From PVC group bacterium (GTDB taxonomy: Bacteria; Auribacterota; Erginobacteria; Erginobacterales; Erginobacteraceae), in assembly GCA_040773245.1 (NCBI GenBank), contig JAXGWO010000001.1, forward strand, positions 6,498-70,497: a DNA stretch of 64,000 nucleotides, written 5' to 3'. The translations under genes were made by a program, and so were the position numbers. Shown here in pieces: positions 8,229 through 19,339 of this stretch. The notes under the pieces were generated by a model that saw only the letters and a list, made by a program, of their open reading frames with translations, had not been told where the DNA came from and did not search any database. Position 1 is the first letter of the stretch; the number at the start of each line of letters is the position of its first letter.

Positions 8229-10079
8229 TCAGGGGCCGACGATCATCACCTCCCTCCCCCCCGCCTCCCGGAAAGAGAGGTCCCGGCCTTCCCCCCGGAA
8301 GCGCTCGACCAGCTCCCGCCGGGCGGCCCGGTGGGAAGGTTCCCGCTCGAAGACATAGGCCTTCCGCCCGCTCCCCGCCACCTCCCGGGTGTAGGGGGGG
8401 TAACGGTCCTGGGAGAGGAAGGGGGCGGCGATGATCCGTTCCCGGCTCAGGAAGGTGATGGGGTAGGCGAGCCAGTAATCCGCGTACGCCCGGTCCACCT
8501 CTTCCTCCTCGAGAACCCGGATGATCGCCTCCGGGACGGAATCCATCTTTTGCCCGGCCCCCAGATCCCCGTAATTTCCCAGAACCGGCAGCAGCGGGAT
8601 TGCCTCCGAGAGGAGCAGGAGGGCGCCGGCCGCGACCCCGGCCGCGGGAAGGCGGCGGTAAATCCGGATCACCATCACCGCGACGAGGTAGGGGAGCCAG
8701 CTGACCAGGGGGATCAGGTAACGGAACGAGGCCGCGTCCCGGGCCATCCCGCTCGCCCAGAGAACGAGGAGGCTCCCCGCCGTCGAGACCAGGCAAAACG
8801 CCTCCAGGCGGCGGGCGGGGGAGACCAGCCGGGAGGAGAGCCGCGGCAGGACCGACGCCGCGGAGAGAAGAACGGCGGCGGCCGTCAGCGCCGCCCGGAT
8901 GACGGCGCTGATCCGCGCCGCCGCCCCGGCGCCGCCGCCGCTTTCCAGCGACGTGACAAAGGGAATCAGCCGGCCGAAGATCAGCCGGGCGGCGGACGCC
9001 AGCCCCAAACCCCCGGCCACGGTGCCCAGCGGACCGGCGGCGCCGTAGCCGCTTTCCGGGCTCAGGAAAAAATACAGATCGATCGCGGTCAGCAGCGCGG
9101 CGGGCACGGCAACCAGGAGTAGGGCGGTGACCAGGGGGGGGGAGCGGAAGAAGCGGCGAACCGCCGAACCCAGCCCCGAGAGGAAACTCGCCCCCCCTCG
9201 GCGGACGGCCGAGGACGCCGAAAAAAGCAGGCCGGCGGTCAGCAGGGCCCGGAAGAGATCGCGGAGACCGTGATGGGAGGATATCTCCATCCCGGCGACG
9301 GTGATCACCGCGCCCCCCCGCGGCAGCGACGCCAGGGCGAACGCCACCCAGGCCGCCCAGGCCCCGGCCGCCAGCCGGACGCACCATCTCCGGATCTTTC
9401 CCTTCCCCCCCCACCAGGCCAGGCTGGCCCCGATCTCGGCCCGCAGCCCCCGGCAGAGATCGCGGGCCGGCGGATCGCGCCGGGCACACCGGGCGATCAC
9501 CACCGGGACCGGCAGGTAATAGTACACCACCAGGGGGAGGTGCCAGAAGGAGACCGCCGCCGCCAGTGCGGTCAGGAGCGCCCAGCCCCACTTCCTCCGG
9601 TCACCGGAGAGGTAGGTATCCATCGTCCGGAAGAAAAGGAGATAGCCCAGGGCCCCCCAGAAGAGAACGGCGGTGAAACCTCCCCGGGCCTTGGTCGCCC
9701 AGAGGGTGACGACGGGGGAGAAGACCACCGTCAGGGCCAGGGTGAGCAGGGCGTGGCTCCGGTCCCGGTATTGGGCGACCAGACGGTACTGGAGGAGGAG
9801 GAAAAGGAGATAGAAGGTGAAGGGGGCGAGCTTGAGGGCGGCGGCTGATGGTCCGAGAAGGAGAAAATACACCCCGGCCAGCAAGGCTTCCGGGCTTCCC
9901 ATATATCCCTGGCCGTAGTAGTAAACCGGGATCCGGCCCCGGGTGATATGGAGGGCCATCAGCCCCGTCACCGCCTCGTCGGCGTCGAAGTCCAGCCGAG
10001 GCTCCAGGACACCGGGCAGGCTGAGCAAGACGGCCAGGGCGAGAAGCAGGCAAGGAATCAGGGCGGTTCTCTTCAGCAT
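8229..10079 (-). CDS. Polytopic membrane protein, GT-C-type glycosyltransferase-like (PMT/ArnT family, GT39/GT83-like)
   Basis: It has at least 12 predicted TM helices. The N-terminal region MLKRTALIPCLLLALAVLLS...ALHITRGRIPVYYYGQGYMGSPEALL resembles the PMT/ArnT N-terminal loop. The start was refined to MLKR. Confidence 0.5.
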   Translation of the reverse strand: MLKRTALIPCLLLALAVLLSLPGVLEPRLDFDADEAVTGLMALHITRGRIPVYYYGQGYMGSPEALLAGVYFLLLGPSAAALKLAPFTFYLLFLLLQYRLVAQYRDRSHALLTLALTVVFSPVVTLWATKARGGFTAVLFWGALGYLLFFRTMDTYLSGDRRKWGWALLTALAAAVSFWHLPLVVYYYLPVPVVIARCARRDPPARDLCRGLRAEIGASLAWWGGKGKIRRWCVRLAAGAWAAWVAFALASLPRGGAVITVAGMEISSHHGLRDLFRALLTAGLLFSASSAVRRGGASFLSGLGSAVRRFFRSPPLVTALLLVAVPAALLTAIDLYFFLSPESGYGAAGPLGTVAGGLGLASAARLIFGRLIPFVTSLESGGGAGAAARISAVIRAALTAAAVLLSAASVLPRLSSRLVSPARRLEAFCLVSTAGSLLVLWASGMARDAASFRYLIPLVSWLPYLVAVMVIRIYRRLPAAGVAAGALLLLSEAIPLLPVLGNYGDLGAGQKMDSVPEAIIRVLEEEEVDRAYADYWLAYPITFLSRERIIAAPFLSQDRYPPYTREVAGSGRKAYVFEREPSHRAARRELVERFRGEGRDLSFREAGGREVMIVGP

Positions 10080-10194
10080 CGCGGCTCGGCACCCGATTGG
10101 AGAACGGTCCCGCATTCTCCAACACCCCAGCCTGCCCGGCCGGGTGGTCCCGCCGGGAGACCGGTGGGACGCCGGCAGCAACGATGACGCCCGC

Positions 10195-12303
10195 CTACCA
10201 GGAGACGGGGAGGTAGCCCCCGCCGCCCCAGTAAGCCCGAGTCAGACCCCGGACCGCCCACAGGCCGGTGGCGGGACGGTGGACCGCCGCCCCGGCCGTC
10301 CCGGAGCCGGCGTAGTCTCCCGGCTGAGGATAGTCGGAGGCCGCGCCGAAATAGAGCCGGGTCAGCCCCCGGACCGCCCAGAACCCGCCGGACGGACGGA
10401 AGATCCCGGCCTCCGTGGAGCCGTCCCCCCAGTAGCCGCCGGGAACCGGGTAGTCCCCGGTCCGGCCCAGGTAGAACCGGGTCAGCCCCCGCACCGCCCA
10501 CAGCCCGGTCGCCGGGCGGAAGATCCCGATCCGCGCGGCCCCCTCCCCCGCCAGGTCGGCCGGCACCAGCAGGTCGCCCCCGGCTCCGAAGTAGACCCGG
10601 GTCACTCCCCGGACCGCCCACAGCCCCGAGGCCGACCGGAAGATCCCGGGGTCGGTCAGCCCGTCCCCGTTGTAGTCGGCCGGGACCGGGGAGTCGCCCG
10701 CCCCGCCGAAGTAGAACCGGGTCACCCCTCTCGCCGCCCAGAGGCCGTTGGCGGCGCGGAAGATCGCCGGGTCGGTGGTCCCGTCCCCGTCGTAATCGCC
10801 GGAGGCGGGGATGTCCCCGGACTGCCCGAAATAGAATACCTCCGGGGAGATGGGCTGGCCGAAATCAACGTACCAGCGCCCCGAGGTCGGATGCCAGGCC
10901 GAGATATCGTCGAAGCCGTCCCCGTTGTAGTCCTTGCCGTCCACCACCAGCCGGAAGAACACCGGGGTCGGCTCCGGGGGCGGCGGCACGGTCGGCGACG
11001 TGGTCGGCGGGACGGTCGGCGAAGTGGTGGGAGTGGGGGTCGCGGGGCCGCAGCGCAGCCGGGCGACGTAGTTCACCGGGCAGGGCCAGCCGGTGAAGAC
11101 CGACGGCCCGGCCCAGAGCCAGTAAACCCCGGCCGTGAGCTCGGCGGTCAGGGAGACGGTCTCGCAGGGGCCGGCGGTGGCGCTGTCGACTTGCACCAGG
11201 TCGATGCAGTCCTCGCTGCCCGCGTCGAAGATGAAGATCAGGGAAGGGAACTCCGCGGTGACCGACCAGGTGATGGAGTCGTCGGCCTCCAGGCTCAGCC
11301 GGAACCAGTCGGTGTCCCGGTATTGGGCCGATTCTTCGCCATAGAGATAGTTCCCGCTGGTGGCGCAGATCACGTCGCCGCAGTAGATGTCCTGGAAGAC
11401 GGCCGGGTCGGAGTTGCAGCCCCCGTTGTAGCTGTCCACGTAGTCCTCTTGGCAGGGCGGCTCCCCCTCGGGCAGCCCGCCCGGCGGGCAGGGAGCGCAG
11501 GGCGTCGGCGTCGCGGTCGGGATCGGGGTCTTGTAACCGAACGGGGTCGCGGTGCTCGACGGGGTGGGGATGGGCGAGGTCAGGCTGTAAAGGACGGCCA
11601 GGCCGTCGTACACCGGGCCCGGCGCCCCCGGGTTGCAGGAGTACTCGAGCGCGTCGCTGCCGGCGGCGTTCTCGATTCCCAGCGTGGCCGACCGCCCGCC
11701 GGCGTAATCGCCTTCGCCGTCGGACATCGTGTTGAACTGGGTTTTGATCTCGTTGGAACCCTCGTAGAGGATGGCCTGGAAGGTCAGGCGGGACCCGGAG
11801 TCGCTGATATGGGGGACCTGGTACCACTCGACGACGAACTCCCGGTCGGGGGCCGAACCCAGAGTTTCATAATACACCGCCGACGAGGGATTGTGGTAGA
11901 GGCCCAGGTCATCCCAGAAGGCGTAGACGGCGGCGTTGGGGTTTTCCGGGTCGGGGATGCAGACGTTGCTGTAGGCCGAGCACCCGGCGGAGTCGAAGGT
12001 GATGAAGCCGTTGGAGGAGACCACCGCCTCGGTGTAGGTGTTGCCGTAGAAGTCGAAGCTGAAACCGATCGGTGCGGACTCGCAGGCATCATCGGAGCCG
12101 GTCAGGTCGGTGAGTTCCGTCCCGGTTCCGCCCTCGGGCGGGGCGATCTCGACCCAGGAGAAGGGTTCCTGGGGGGCGGGGAGGTTGCTGTCGTACCAGT
12201 AGTGGCCGAAGCCGTCGGGGCCGCCGGTGGCGGCATAGAGCGCCGGGGCGGAGAGGAAGAGGAAGACAACGGCAAGACACGACAACCGGGACAGGATTTT
12301 CAT
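10195..12303 (-). CDS. Secreted protein with an N-terminal beta-sandwich/lectin-like region, Pro/Thr linkers and a C-terminal FG-GAP/VCBS-like repeat module
   Basis: A signal peptide MKILSRLSCLAVVFLFLSAPALYA follows an RBS gggagg. The C-terminus carries about 8 repeats of the form [35 protein letters not shown]. Confidence 0.6.
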   Translation of the reverse strand: MKILSRLSCLAVVFLFLSAPALYAATGGPDGFGHYWYDSNLPAPQEPFSWVEIAPPEGGTGTELTDLTGSDDACESAPIGFSFDFYGNTYTEAVVSSNGFITFDSAGCSAYSNVCIPDPENPNAAVYAFWDDLGLYHNPSSAVYYETLGSAPDREFVVEWYQVPHISDSGSRLTFQAILYEGSNEIKTQFNTMSDGEGDYAGGRSATLGIENAAGSDALEYSCNPGAPGPVYDGLAVLYSLTSPIPTPSSTATPFGYKTPIPTATPTPCAPCPPGGLPEGEPPCQEDYVDSYNGGCNSDPAVFQDIYCGDVICATSGNYLYGEESAQYRDTDWFRLSLEADDSITWSVTAEFPSLIFIFDAGSEDCIDLVQVDSATAGPCETVSLTAELTAGVYWLWAGPSVFTGWPCPVNYVARLRCGPATPTPTTSPTVPPTTSPTVPPPPEPTPVFFRLVVDGKDYNGDGFDDISAWHPTSGRWYVDFGQPISPEVFYFGQSGDIPASGDYDGDGTTDPAIFRAANGLWAARGVTRFYFGGAGDSPVPADYNGDGLTDPGIFRSASGLWAVRGVTRVYFGAGGDLLVPADLAGEGAARIGIFRPATGLWAVRGLTRFYLGRTGDYPVPGGYWGDGSTEAGIFRPSGGFWAVRGLTRLYFGAASDYPQPGDYAGSGTAGAAVHRPATGLWAVRGLTRAYWGGGGYLPVSW

Positions 12304-12460
12304 TGGGACCTCCCTTGACAGCTGTGCGGTGGTATTTTCCCGAAATTTATCTGAACAGATGCCGCTTGGCAAGCTGTATTCCTGCATTGTTCCCCAGCGG
12401 CCGCCGGCGTGGCGCCGCCTGCTGCGACCTGACTCCCGCCGCGAAAACCGGTGAAAATTC

Positions 12461-15400
12461 CTACCGGGTGACCGGGATGTCTCCCCCGGTCCCGAAGTAG
12501 GCCCGGGTCGCTCCCCTCACCGCCCACAAACCCGTGCCGGGACGGAAGACCGCGGCCTGGCCGAGGGCGGCGCCGGTGAAGTCCCCGACGACCGCGGTGT
12601 CGCCGATCCGTCCATAGTAGAACCGGCTGTCGCCCCGGATCGCCCAGAGTCCGGTGGCGGGCCGGAAGATCGCGATCCCGGCCCGGAAGGACCCGTACCA
12701 GCAGTAAACCCCGGGGACCGGGATATCGGAGGCGGAACCGTAGTAGGCCCGGGTCAGGCCCCGGATCGCCCAGAGGCCGGAGGAGGGCCGGAAGATCGCG
12801 ATCTCCTTCGCCCCGTCGCCGTCGTAGTCGCCCGGGACCGGGAGATCCCCCGCCCGGCCGAAGTAGACCCGGGTCAGGCCCCGGACCGCCCAGAGGCCCG
12901 ATGCCTCCTGGAAGACCGCCGGCGACGCGGTCCCCGACCCGTCGTAGTCCCCGGAAACCGCGAGGCCGGCGACGCCGAAGTAGCAGCGGGTGCGGGTCTT
13001 GACCGCCCAGAGGCCGGAAGACGGCCGGAAGACCGCCACGTCGGCCGGGCCGGCGCCCTGGTAGTCGGCGGGGACCGGGATATCCCCCGCCCGGCCGAAA
13101 TATGTCCTGCCCAGCCCCCGGACCGCCCAGAGACCGGAAGACGGCCGGAAGACCGCGATATCCGCGATCCCGTCGCCGTCGTAATCCCCGCTGTCGATCA
13201 CTAGGTACTCCGGCGTGGGATAGACCGTCGGCGTCGGGGTGGTGATGGGCGTTGGAGTTGCAGTAGAGGCCGGGGTAACGCCCGCCGTCGCAGTCGGTTC
13301 CGGGGTCGGAGGCGGAGTCGGGGGGACCGTGGGCGGCGGAGTCGGAGGCACCGTCGGCGGAGGGGTCGGGGACGAACTCGCGGTGGCAGTAGGAGTCGCG
13401 CTGGCGGTCGGGGTGGCGGAAGGCGACGGGGTGGGGGTCGAGGTCGGGGGCGGGGTTGGGGTGATCAGGCAGCGCCGGAAGACCTTGCCGCCCGCGCCAT
13501 CGGAGTTGGCCACCCCGGCGAAGAGGCAGGGGAAGCACCCGGCCAGGGAATGGACCGCCTCGTTTCCAGCGTCACCAAAGCCGTTCTCGTTGACTTGGGT
13601 CCAGGCCGCCCAGCCGTACTCCCAGACCTGGCCGCCGGAAGGGGTGCCGGAGTCGTTCCCGGTCCCCACGTAGAGGCGGCCGTCGAAGACCTCCATACAG
13701 CGGGCGGAGTCGTACTGCATAGCGGAGGAGTCGTTACGCTCGAGGTTCCCTCCCTTGTATTCCCAGACCTGGCAGGAGACGGACCAGCCCGCCGTCCCTA
13801 CGAAGAGGGAAGGACCGGCGGCGGCCAGGCTCCGGAACTCGACGAAATTTCCGCCGAAGCCTCCCTCGGTAACCAGGGCCCAGTCGGTGGTCCCGGGACC
13901 GTCGTAACGGTAGAGGCGGGCGTAATCGGTGGTGTTGTAAACCCCGGCATAAACCTTGCCGTCATAGACGGCCAGGGACCGGATCGCCTGGTTGTCGCTG
14001 TCGCCGAAGCCGTTCTCGTTGACCTGGGTCCACTCGGACCAGTCATAGGTAAAGACGGCCCCCTGCCAGGAGGTCCCCACCCAGAGCTTCCCGTCGTGGA
14101 CGACCATCGAGGATGCCCAGGTGTTGTTATCGTCCCCCAGGCCGCCCGAGGCCCGCCGGGTCCAGGAGGAACCATCGTAGGACCAGACCTCGAAGCCGTC
14201 GCTGTTGTTCGCCGTCCCCACGAAGAGCTCATCGCCGAAGATAGCCAGGGAATGGGCGCCCCGGTTCTGGGAAGTGCCGAAGCCGCCGTCGGTCATCACC
14301 GTCCAGTCGGAGGGGTCGGGGCCGTCATAACGCCAGATCTCGCAGCCGTCGGTGTTGTTCCAGGTTCCGGCGTAGATGCCGCCGTCGTAGCAGGCCAGGG
14401 CGAAAGCCGAGAAGTTGTTGGTATTGCCGAAGCCGTCCTCGTTGATCTGGGTCCAGTCGCTCCAGTTCCCGGTCGGGACCGGGACCGGGGTCGGGGGGAC
14501 GGAGGGGGTGGGCGTGAAGGTGGGCGTCGGCGACGGGGTCTTGTAGCCCTCGGGGGTCGGGGTGGTTGAGGGCGTTGCGGTGGGGGGCGGCGTGGTCGAT
14601 GGTGTGGGGGTCACCGACGGGGTCGGGGTCGGTGTGACCGATGGGGTCGGGGTCACGGATGGTGTAACTGAGGGCGTCGGGGTGACCGAGGGCGTCGGGG
14701 TGACGGTCGGGGTCTTGTAGCCCTCGGGCGTGGGTGTCGGCGTCGGCGTGGTGTAGTAGCTTAAAAGCTCGAACCTGGTCACGAAGCCGTCATCTCCCCC
14801 CCCGCGGGCGGCCTGGAAGGGATCGGCGGTGGGGAAGTTGATCGAAGCCGTCCGGCCGACCGCGTAAATCCTGCCGTCGGCGCCAACATCGACCGCGTAA
14901 CCGAAATCGTTGCCGCTGCCGCCGAGATAGGTGGAGAACTGCAGATCGGAGCCGCCGGAGGAAAACCGGGAGATGGTGGCGTCGTAACCTCCGGGACGAG
15001 CGGGCTGGATGGCAGCCGCGGTGGGGAAGTTGGGCGAGACGGTGATCCCGATCACCCAGGCATTGCCGTCCTGGTCCACGGCGACCCCCTCGCCGTAATC
15101 CCAGTCCCATCCGCCCAGGTAGGTTGAATAGACGAGCGATTGCCCGTCGGGTGCGAACCGGGTGACGAAGTAGTCCGGCTGCCCGCTGATGGCCGCCTGG
15201 TAGGGGTTGACGGTGGGGAAGTCGTTGGACTGGGTGATGCCGGTCAGGTAGACCCCGTCATCGGGGCCGAGGCCGATCCCGACCGCCTGGTCGATATCCT
15301 CTGCGCCGCCGAGGAAGGTGGAGAAGACCAGGGACAAACCGCTCGGGTCGAACTTGGTGAGGACGGCGTCCCAGCTGCCGGGGGATGGCCCGGCGTGGCC

Positions 15401-16795
15401 CGGCTGGTAGGCGTTCAGGGTCGGGTAGTCGGTGGAGGTGGTGGCCCCGGAGAGGTAGGCGTGGCCGGAGGAGTCCACCGCCACCCGGGGGTACTCGTGG
15501 CCGCCGCCGCAGCCGCCCAAATAGGTGGAGTAAACCAGGGCGGAACCGTCGGGCGAGAACTTGGTCAGGGTGAAGTTGTAGCCGCTGGAGACGGCGTTGG
15601 CGGCCTGGAAGGCGTTGAGGGTCGGGAAGTCGGTGGACCAGGCCCGGCCGGCGACGTAGGCGGAGCCGGAACCGTCCACGGCCACGGCGTAGCTGTATTC
15701 GAACATCGAGCCGCCGAGGTAGGTGGAGTAGAGCAGGGAGGAGCCGTCGGCGGCGAGCTTGGCGGCGAAGATGTCGGTCCAGAATCCGTTCCGCGCGGCC
15801 TGGAAGGGGTTGACGGTCGGGAAGTTGTTGGCGTCGGTGTAGCCGCAGATGTAGGCCTGGCCGGCCCCGTCGACGGCGATCCCCATACCCAGGCTGGCCC
15901 CGCCGCTCCCTCCCAGGTAGGTGGAGTAGACCAGGGAAGCGCCGTCGGGGGTGAACCTGGTGACGAAGGCGTCCTGGCTGCCGCGGCGGATCGGCTGGTA
16001 GGCGGCCGCGGTGGGGAAGTCGGCGGAGTAGGTGTATCCGACAACGTAGGCGCAGCCGTCGGTGCCGGCGGCGATGTCCTGGGCGGAGTCGTCGCCGGAA
16101 CCGCCCAGGTAGGTCGAGTAGTCGAAGTCCCAGCGCTCGATGTAGTTCTCCGGGGTGGGAGTGACCATCGGCGTCGGAGATGGCGGCGCGGTCGGCGGAG
16201 GGGTCGCCGTCGGCGGAACGCTCGGCGTGGCCGTCGGCGGCACGGTCGGCGGAGGGGTCGCGGTCGGGGGCACAGTCGGTGTCGCGGTGGTGGCGGCAGC
16301 CCCCACCACGGGGTAGTCCTCGACCTCGCCAAAATCAAAAGTCCCGCAGGGATCGGCCGCGCCGCCCCACTTCAAAATCGCCCGCAGGCGGGTCGGCCCC
16401 GAGAGGGCACCCGACGGCACCGTGATTGTGCCGGTGAAATCGGTCCAGGCCGGGGGCGGGGGGGAGACGGTGAGCTGGGTCCACTCGCCGGCGTCGGAAA
16501 AGCTGGAGTTCTGGTTCCAGTCCACCCAGATGTCGCAGCGGTCTCCATCCCAGGTTTCGTTGTTGGCCACAATGATCTCGTAGGAAGACTCGGGGCTGAC
16601 CACGGTCGAGAAGGCCGTAAAATCGGAATAGTAACTCCCCGTGGTGGAGTTGTCGATCGAGCCGAACTGGACCCGGCTGATGTACTCCACCGAGTAATCC
16701 GTGGAGCTCGCGCTGCAGAAAGTCTGGGCCGAAGCCGTCCCCACCGCCAGCAGCAGAAGAACTGATACCAAAACCGCCGTGATCGCTCTTTTCAT
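12461..16795 (-). CDS. Giant (1444 aa) secreted surface protein: a GEVED domain, Pro/Thr-rich linkers, two SBBP-type beta-propeller regions and a C-terminal FG-GAP/VCBS-like repeat module
   Basis: The domain order is: signal peptide, then the GEVED motif ([14 protein letters not shown]), then repeated [37 protein letters not shown] SBBP units, long [11 protein letters not shown] linkers, and finally 7-8 [19 protein letters not shown]...DYDGDG repeats. Confidence 0.65.
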   Translation of the reverse strand: MKRAITAVLVSVLLLLAVGTASAQTFCSASSTDYSVEYISRVQFGSIDNSTTGSYYSDFTAFSTVVSPESSYEIIVANNETWDGDRCDIWVDWNQNSSFSDAGEWTQLTVSPPPPAWTDFTGTITVPSGALSGPTRLRAILKWGGAADPCGTFDFGEVEDYPVVGAAATTATPTVPPTATPPPTVPPTATPSVPPTATPPPTAPPSPTPMVTPTPENYIERWDFDYSTYLGGSGDDSAQDIAAGTDGCAYVVGYTYSADFPTAAAYQPIRRGSQDAFVTRFTPDGASLVYSTYLGGSGGASLGMGIAVDGAGQAYICGYTDANNFPTVNPFQAARNGFWTDIFAAKLAADGSSLLYSTYLGGSMFEYSYAVAVDGSGSAYVAGRAWSTDFPTLNAFQAANAVSSGYNFTLTKFSPDGSALVYSTYLGGCGGGHEYPRVAVDSSGHAYLSGATTSTDYPTLNAYQPGHAGPSPGSWDAVLTKFDPSGLSLVFSTFLGGAEDIDQAVGIGLGPDDGVYLTGITQSNDFPTVNPYQAAISGQPDYFVTRFAPDGQSLVYSTYLGGWDWDYGEGVAVDQDGNAWVIGITVSPNFPTAAAIQPARPGGYDATISRFSSGGSDLQFSTYLGGSGNDFGYAVDVGADGRIYAVGRTASINFPTADPFQAARGGGDDGFVTRFELLSYYTTPTPTPTPEGYKTPTVTPTPSVTPTPSVTPSVTPTPSVTPTPTPSVTPTPSTTPPPTATPSTTPTPEGYKTPSPTPTFTPTPSVPPTPVPVPTGNWSDWTQINEDGFGNTNNFSAFALACYDGGIYAGTWNNTDGCEIWRYDGPDPSDWTVMTDGGFGTSQNRGAHSLAIFGDELFVGTANNSDGFEVWSYDGSSWTRRASGGLGDDNNTWASSMVVHDGKLWVGTSWQGAVFTYDWSEWTQVNENGFGDSDNQAIRSLAVYDGKVYAGVYNTTDYARLYRYDGPGTTDWALVTEGGFGGNFVEFRSLAAAGPSLFVGTAGWSVSCQVWEYKGGNLERNDSSAMQYDSARCMEVFDGRLYVGTGNDSGTPSGGQVWEYGWAAWTQVNENGFGDAGNEAVHSLAGCFPCLFAGVANSDGAGGKVFRRCLITPTPPPTSTPTPSPSATPTASATPTATASSSPTPPPTVPPTPPPTVPPTPPPTPEPTATAGVTPASTATPTPITTPTPTVYPTPEYLVIDSGDYDGDGIADIAVFRPSSGLWAVRGLGRTYFGRAGDIPVPADYQGAGPADVAVFRPSSGLWAVKTRTRCYFGVAGLAVSGDYDGSGTASPAVFQEASGLWAVRGLTRVYFGRAGDLPVPGDYDGDGAKEIAIFRPSSGLWAIRGLTRAYYGSASDIPVPGVYCWYGSFRAGIAIFRPATGLWAIRGDSRFYYGRIGDTAVVGDFTGAALGQAAVFRPGTGLWAVRGATRAYFGTGGDIPVTR

Positions 16796-16828
16796 CCGGT
16801 CCCCCTTTATTCCTGCCGACAGATTGAT

Positions 16829-16862
16829 AAAAAAAGAGCGGCCCGAGGGCCGCCGGAAAAAA
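16829..16862. terminator. Bidirectional rho-independent terminator (GC hairpin flanked by A runs and T runs)
   Basis: The sequence is aaaaaaagaGCGGCCCgagGGCCGCcggaaaaaa. Read on the minus strand it gives a hairpin followed by a T run, directly downstream of the TMTC-like gene. Confidence 0.55.
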
Positions 16863-17043
16863 TCCTGATTGCCGTTGGAAAATCGCCCCGGTCGGGCAGT
16901 GAGAAAGTCTCCTCGGGGAAGATTATCTTTCCCGTGAGAGGCGCCGGAGATTCACCGGAGAAGTAGCGGCCGGACCGGTTGTTTTTCATATTGTAGTAAA
17001 ATGTACCCGGACTTTGGATTTCTGTCAATCAGAACATCCGCAA

Positions 17044-19164
17044 TCATTCAATAATTTCTCGAGTTCGGAGATCCTGATCGGCCGCCGGGCGGCGGAAGAA
17101 GGCGGTCACCCGGGGGTCGGCGGGAGCCAGCCGGCGCGCCCGCTCGAACCACTCCCCGGCCGAGGATTGGCCCTGTTGCAGTTTGAGGACACCCAGGTTG
17201 ATGAAGGCTTCCGGGTGCGAGGGATGCGAGCGGGCCAGGGCAAGGAAGAGTTCTTCCGCCCGTTCCCCGTATCCCACCCGCGCATAGAGGACGCCGAGGG
17301 CGTTTCCGGCGTCGAGGTTTCCCGGGTCGAGGCGGAGGGAGGTCTCCAGCTCTCTTTCAGCTTCGGGGTAAAGCCCCATCCTGGCCAGCAGGGCCCCGTA
17401 GTTCCCCCGGGCCGCCGAAGACCGGGGGTCGAGGGCGATGGATTCTTCGAAGGCCTCCCGGGCCCCCCGGTCGTCCCCGGCCAGTTTGCGGACCACCCCG
17501 AGGTTGCTCCAGAGCGCGGCCGAGGGGTGAAGGGTGAGAGCCCGCAGGTAAACTTCCTCCGCTCGGCCGTACAACCCCATCCGCTTGCAGGCTTCGGCGA
17601 GGTCGATCATAATCTCGATCCGGCCGGGATGGATCTCCAGGGCTTCCTCCAGTTCGACCGCCGCCGCTTCGTGATCGCCGAGGGCGGCCAGGGCCTTGCC
17701 CCGGTTGTGCCGGATCGCCGCCGGCACCCGGGAGCCTTCCGCCGCCCGGCCGAGGAGGGCCAGGGCCTCCTCCGGCCGCCCGGCCTCCCTCAGGGCCGAC
17801 GCCAGGTTGACCAGGACCCGGGGGCTGAGACCGGAGAGCGCGGCAGCACGCCGGAGGGTTTCCACGGCCTCGCCGTGCCTCCCCTCCCGGCTGTGGTGAA
17901 TCCCGAGATTGTTCCAGAGCAGCGGTGCCTTCGGGCTGGAGCGGAGCGCGTCGGAGAAGAGCGCGCCCTCGTCCCGCCAGACGGCGTTGCGGCGGACCGT
18001 CAGGACGGCCAGGACCAGGACGGAGACGGCGGTCAGAACAGCCTGGGAACGCCGCCCGCGCACGATCTTCGCAACCAGGGCGATCCCGGCGGCGACCAGG
18101 GCGATCGAGGGGGCGTAGAGGAACCGTTCCGCGGCCGGGAACCCCATATCGCCGGGCCCGCTGATCCGGACGATGTTGGCCAGGGGCAGCAGCGAGACCA
18201 GGGTGAAGGCCAGGATGAAGGCCAGGGGCCGGTCCCCCTTCCGCCAGGACCGGACCAGCGCATACAGAATCGCCGCCAGGATCGCCGCCCCCGCGGCGGC
18301 CCGGGGGTCGAGGAGGGAAGAGGCGGGCGGATTGGTGATGTAGGCGGTCAGGTTGACGGGGAAAAGCATCTTTCCCACATAGAGCCGGAGGGTGGAAAGG
18401 GAGGAAAGGGCCGTCTCCCCCGGGGTGAGGACCGCCACCGCGCCGGTCTTGACATCGGCGACGAAGAAACGCATCGCCAGGTAGCCGGTGACAGCCAAGC
18501 TGTAAAGGATAATCATTCTCCCGGCCCTCTTCCGGGACCACTCCGGCTCATAGGCCGCCAGGTAGGCCGCCGCCAGCGGGGGCAGGATCAGGGCGGACTC
18601 CTTGGCGAAGAGAGCGAGGAGAAAGAGGAGGAGAGAGAGGGGCAGCCCCCACTTCCGGGCGGGTGCGGCGGACAGGGCGAGGAGGCTGCCCAGCATCAGC
18701 AGGGTGGCGGACAGGTCGGTCCGGCCGGAGATCCAGGCCACTGACTCGGTATGGACCGGGTGGACGGCGAAGACCAGGGCCGAGACCAGGGCTGCCCCGG
18801 GACGGCGGGGGAAGACCCGGGCCACGAAGAAGAGGACCAGGACCGAAACGGCGGCGTGGAGAAGAAGGTTGGTCAGGTGGAAACCGAAGGGGCGGGGCCC
18901 CCAGAGGAGGAAGTCGGCCATCAGGGAGAGGCTGACCAGGGGCCGGTAGTAGCCGTACTTGATCTCCTCGTCGGCGTGTTCGAAGTAGTCGCGGAGGAAG
19001 AAGGCGGTGAAGTATCCCGGGTGCTGGAGCTTGTAGTCCTGAAGGATCAGGGTCCGGTCATCCCAGACGAAGTCCCCTTTCAGGCTGTTGAGGAAGGGAA
19101 GAATGGCCGCCAGGACAACCAGGAGGACCAGATACTTTTCGCGCCAACGGTTATTACCTGCCAC
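17044..19164 (-). CDS. TMTC-like membrane protein: N-terminal polytopic DUF1736/PMT_2-like domain plus C-terminal TPR repeats (putative GT-C glycosyltransferase)
   Basis: The N-terminus has FVWDDRTLI...YYRPLVSLSLMADF, typical of TMTC/PMT_2 families, plus multiple TM helices. The C-terminal half carries about 8 TPR-like repeats (ALxxxP..AxxNLG...G.). Confidence 0.65.
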   Translation of the reverse strand: MAGNNRWREKYLVLLVVLAAILPFLNSLKGDFVWDDRTLILQDYKLQHPGYFTAFFLRDYFEHADEEIKYGYYRPLVSLSLMADFLLWGPRPFGFHLTNLLLHAAVSVLVLFFVARVFPRRPGAALVSALVFAVHPVHTESVAWISGRTDLSATLLMLGSLLALSAAPARKWGLPLSLLLFLLALFAKESALILPPLAAAYLAAYEPEWSRKRAGRMIILYSLAVTGYLAMRFFVADVKTGAVAVLTPGETALSSLSTLRLYVGKMLFPVNLTAYITNPPASSLLDPRAAAGAAILAAILYALVRSWRKGDRPLAFILAFTLVSLLPLANIVRISGPGDMGFPAAERFLYAPSIALVAAGIALVAKIVRGRRSQAVLTAVSVLVLAVLTVRRNAVWRDEGALFSDALRSSPKAPLLWNNLGIHHSREGRHGEAVETLRRAAALSGLSPRVLVNLASALREAGRPEEALALLGRAAEGSRVPAAIRHNRGKALAALGDHEAAAVELEEALEIHPGRIEIMIDLAEACKRMGLYGRAEEVYLRALTLHPSAALWSNLGVVRKLAGDDRGAREAFEESIALDPRSSAARGNYGALLARMGLYPEAERELETSLRLDPGNLDAGNALGVLYARVGYGERAEELFLALARSHPSHPEAFINLGVLKLQQGQSSAGEWFERARRLAPADPRVTAFFRRPAADQDLRTREIIE

Positions 19165-19203
19165 GGGATACTCCAGGAAACACGGTTCTGACTTGAGCGA
19201 ACT

Positions 19204-19272
19204 GGAGTAGTGGAGTGTTGGAGTATTGGGTGGCTATTCCCAACCCCACCACTCCATCACTCCACCACTCCA
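19204..19272. repeat. Imperfect inverted repeat built from TGGAGTG-type heptamers
   Basis: It reads ggagtagtggagtgttggagtattggg ... cccaaccccaccactccatcactccaccactcc. It is related to the core of TIR element copy 2 (4271-4348). Confidence 0.6.
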
Positions 19273-19339
19273 TTCAGGCTCAATATCTGGCTTACTGGCT
19301 GTTCACCACCCATACGAAACGGGCTGGCAATCTTCAAAC

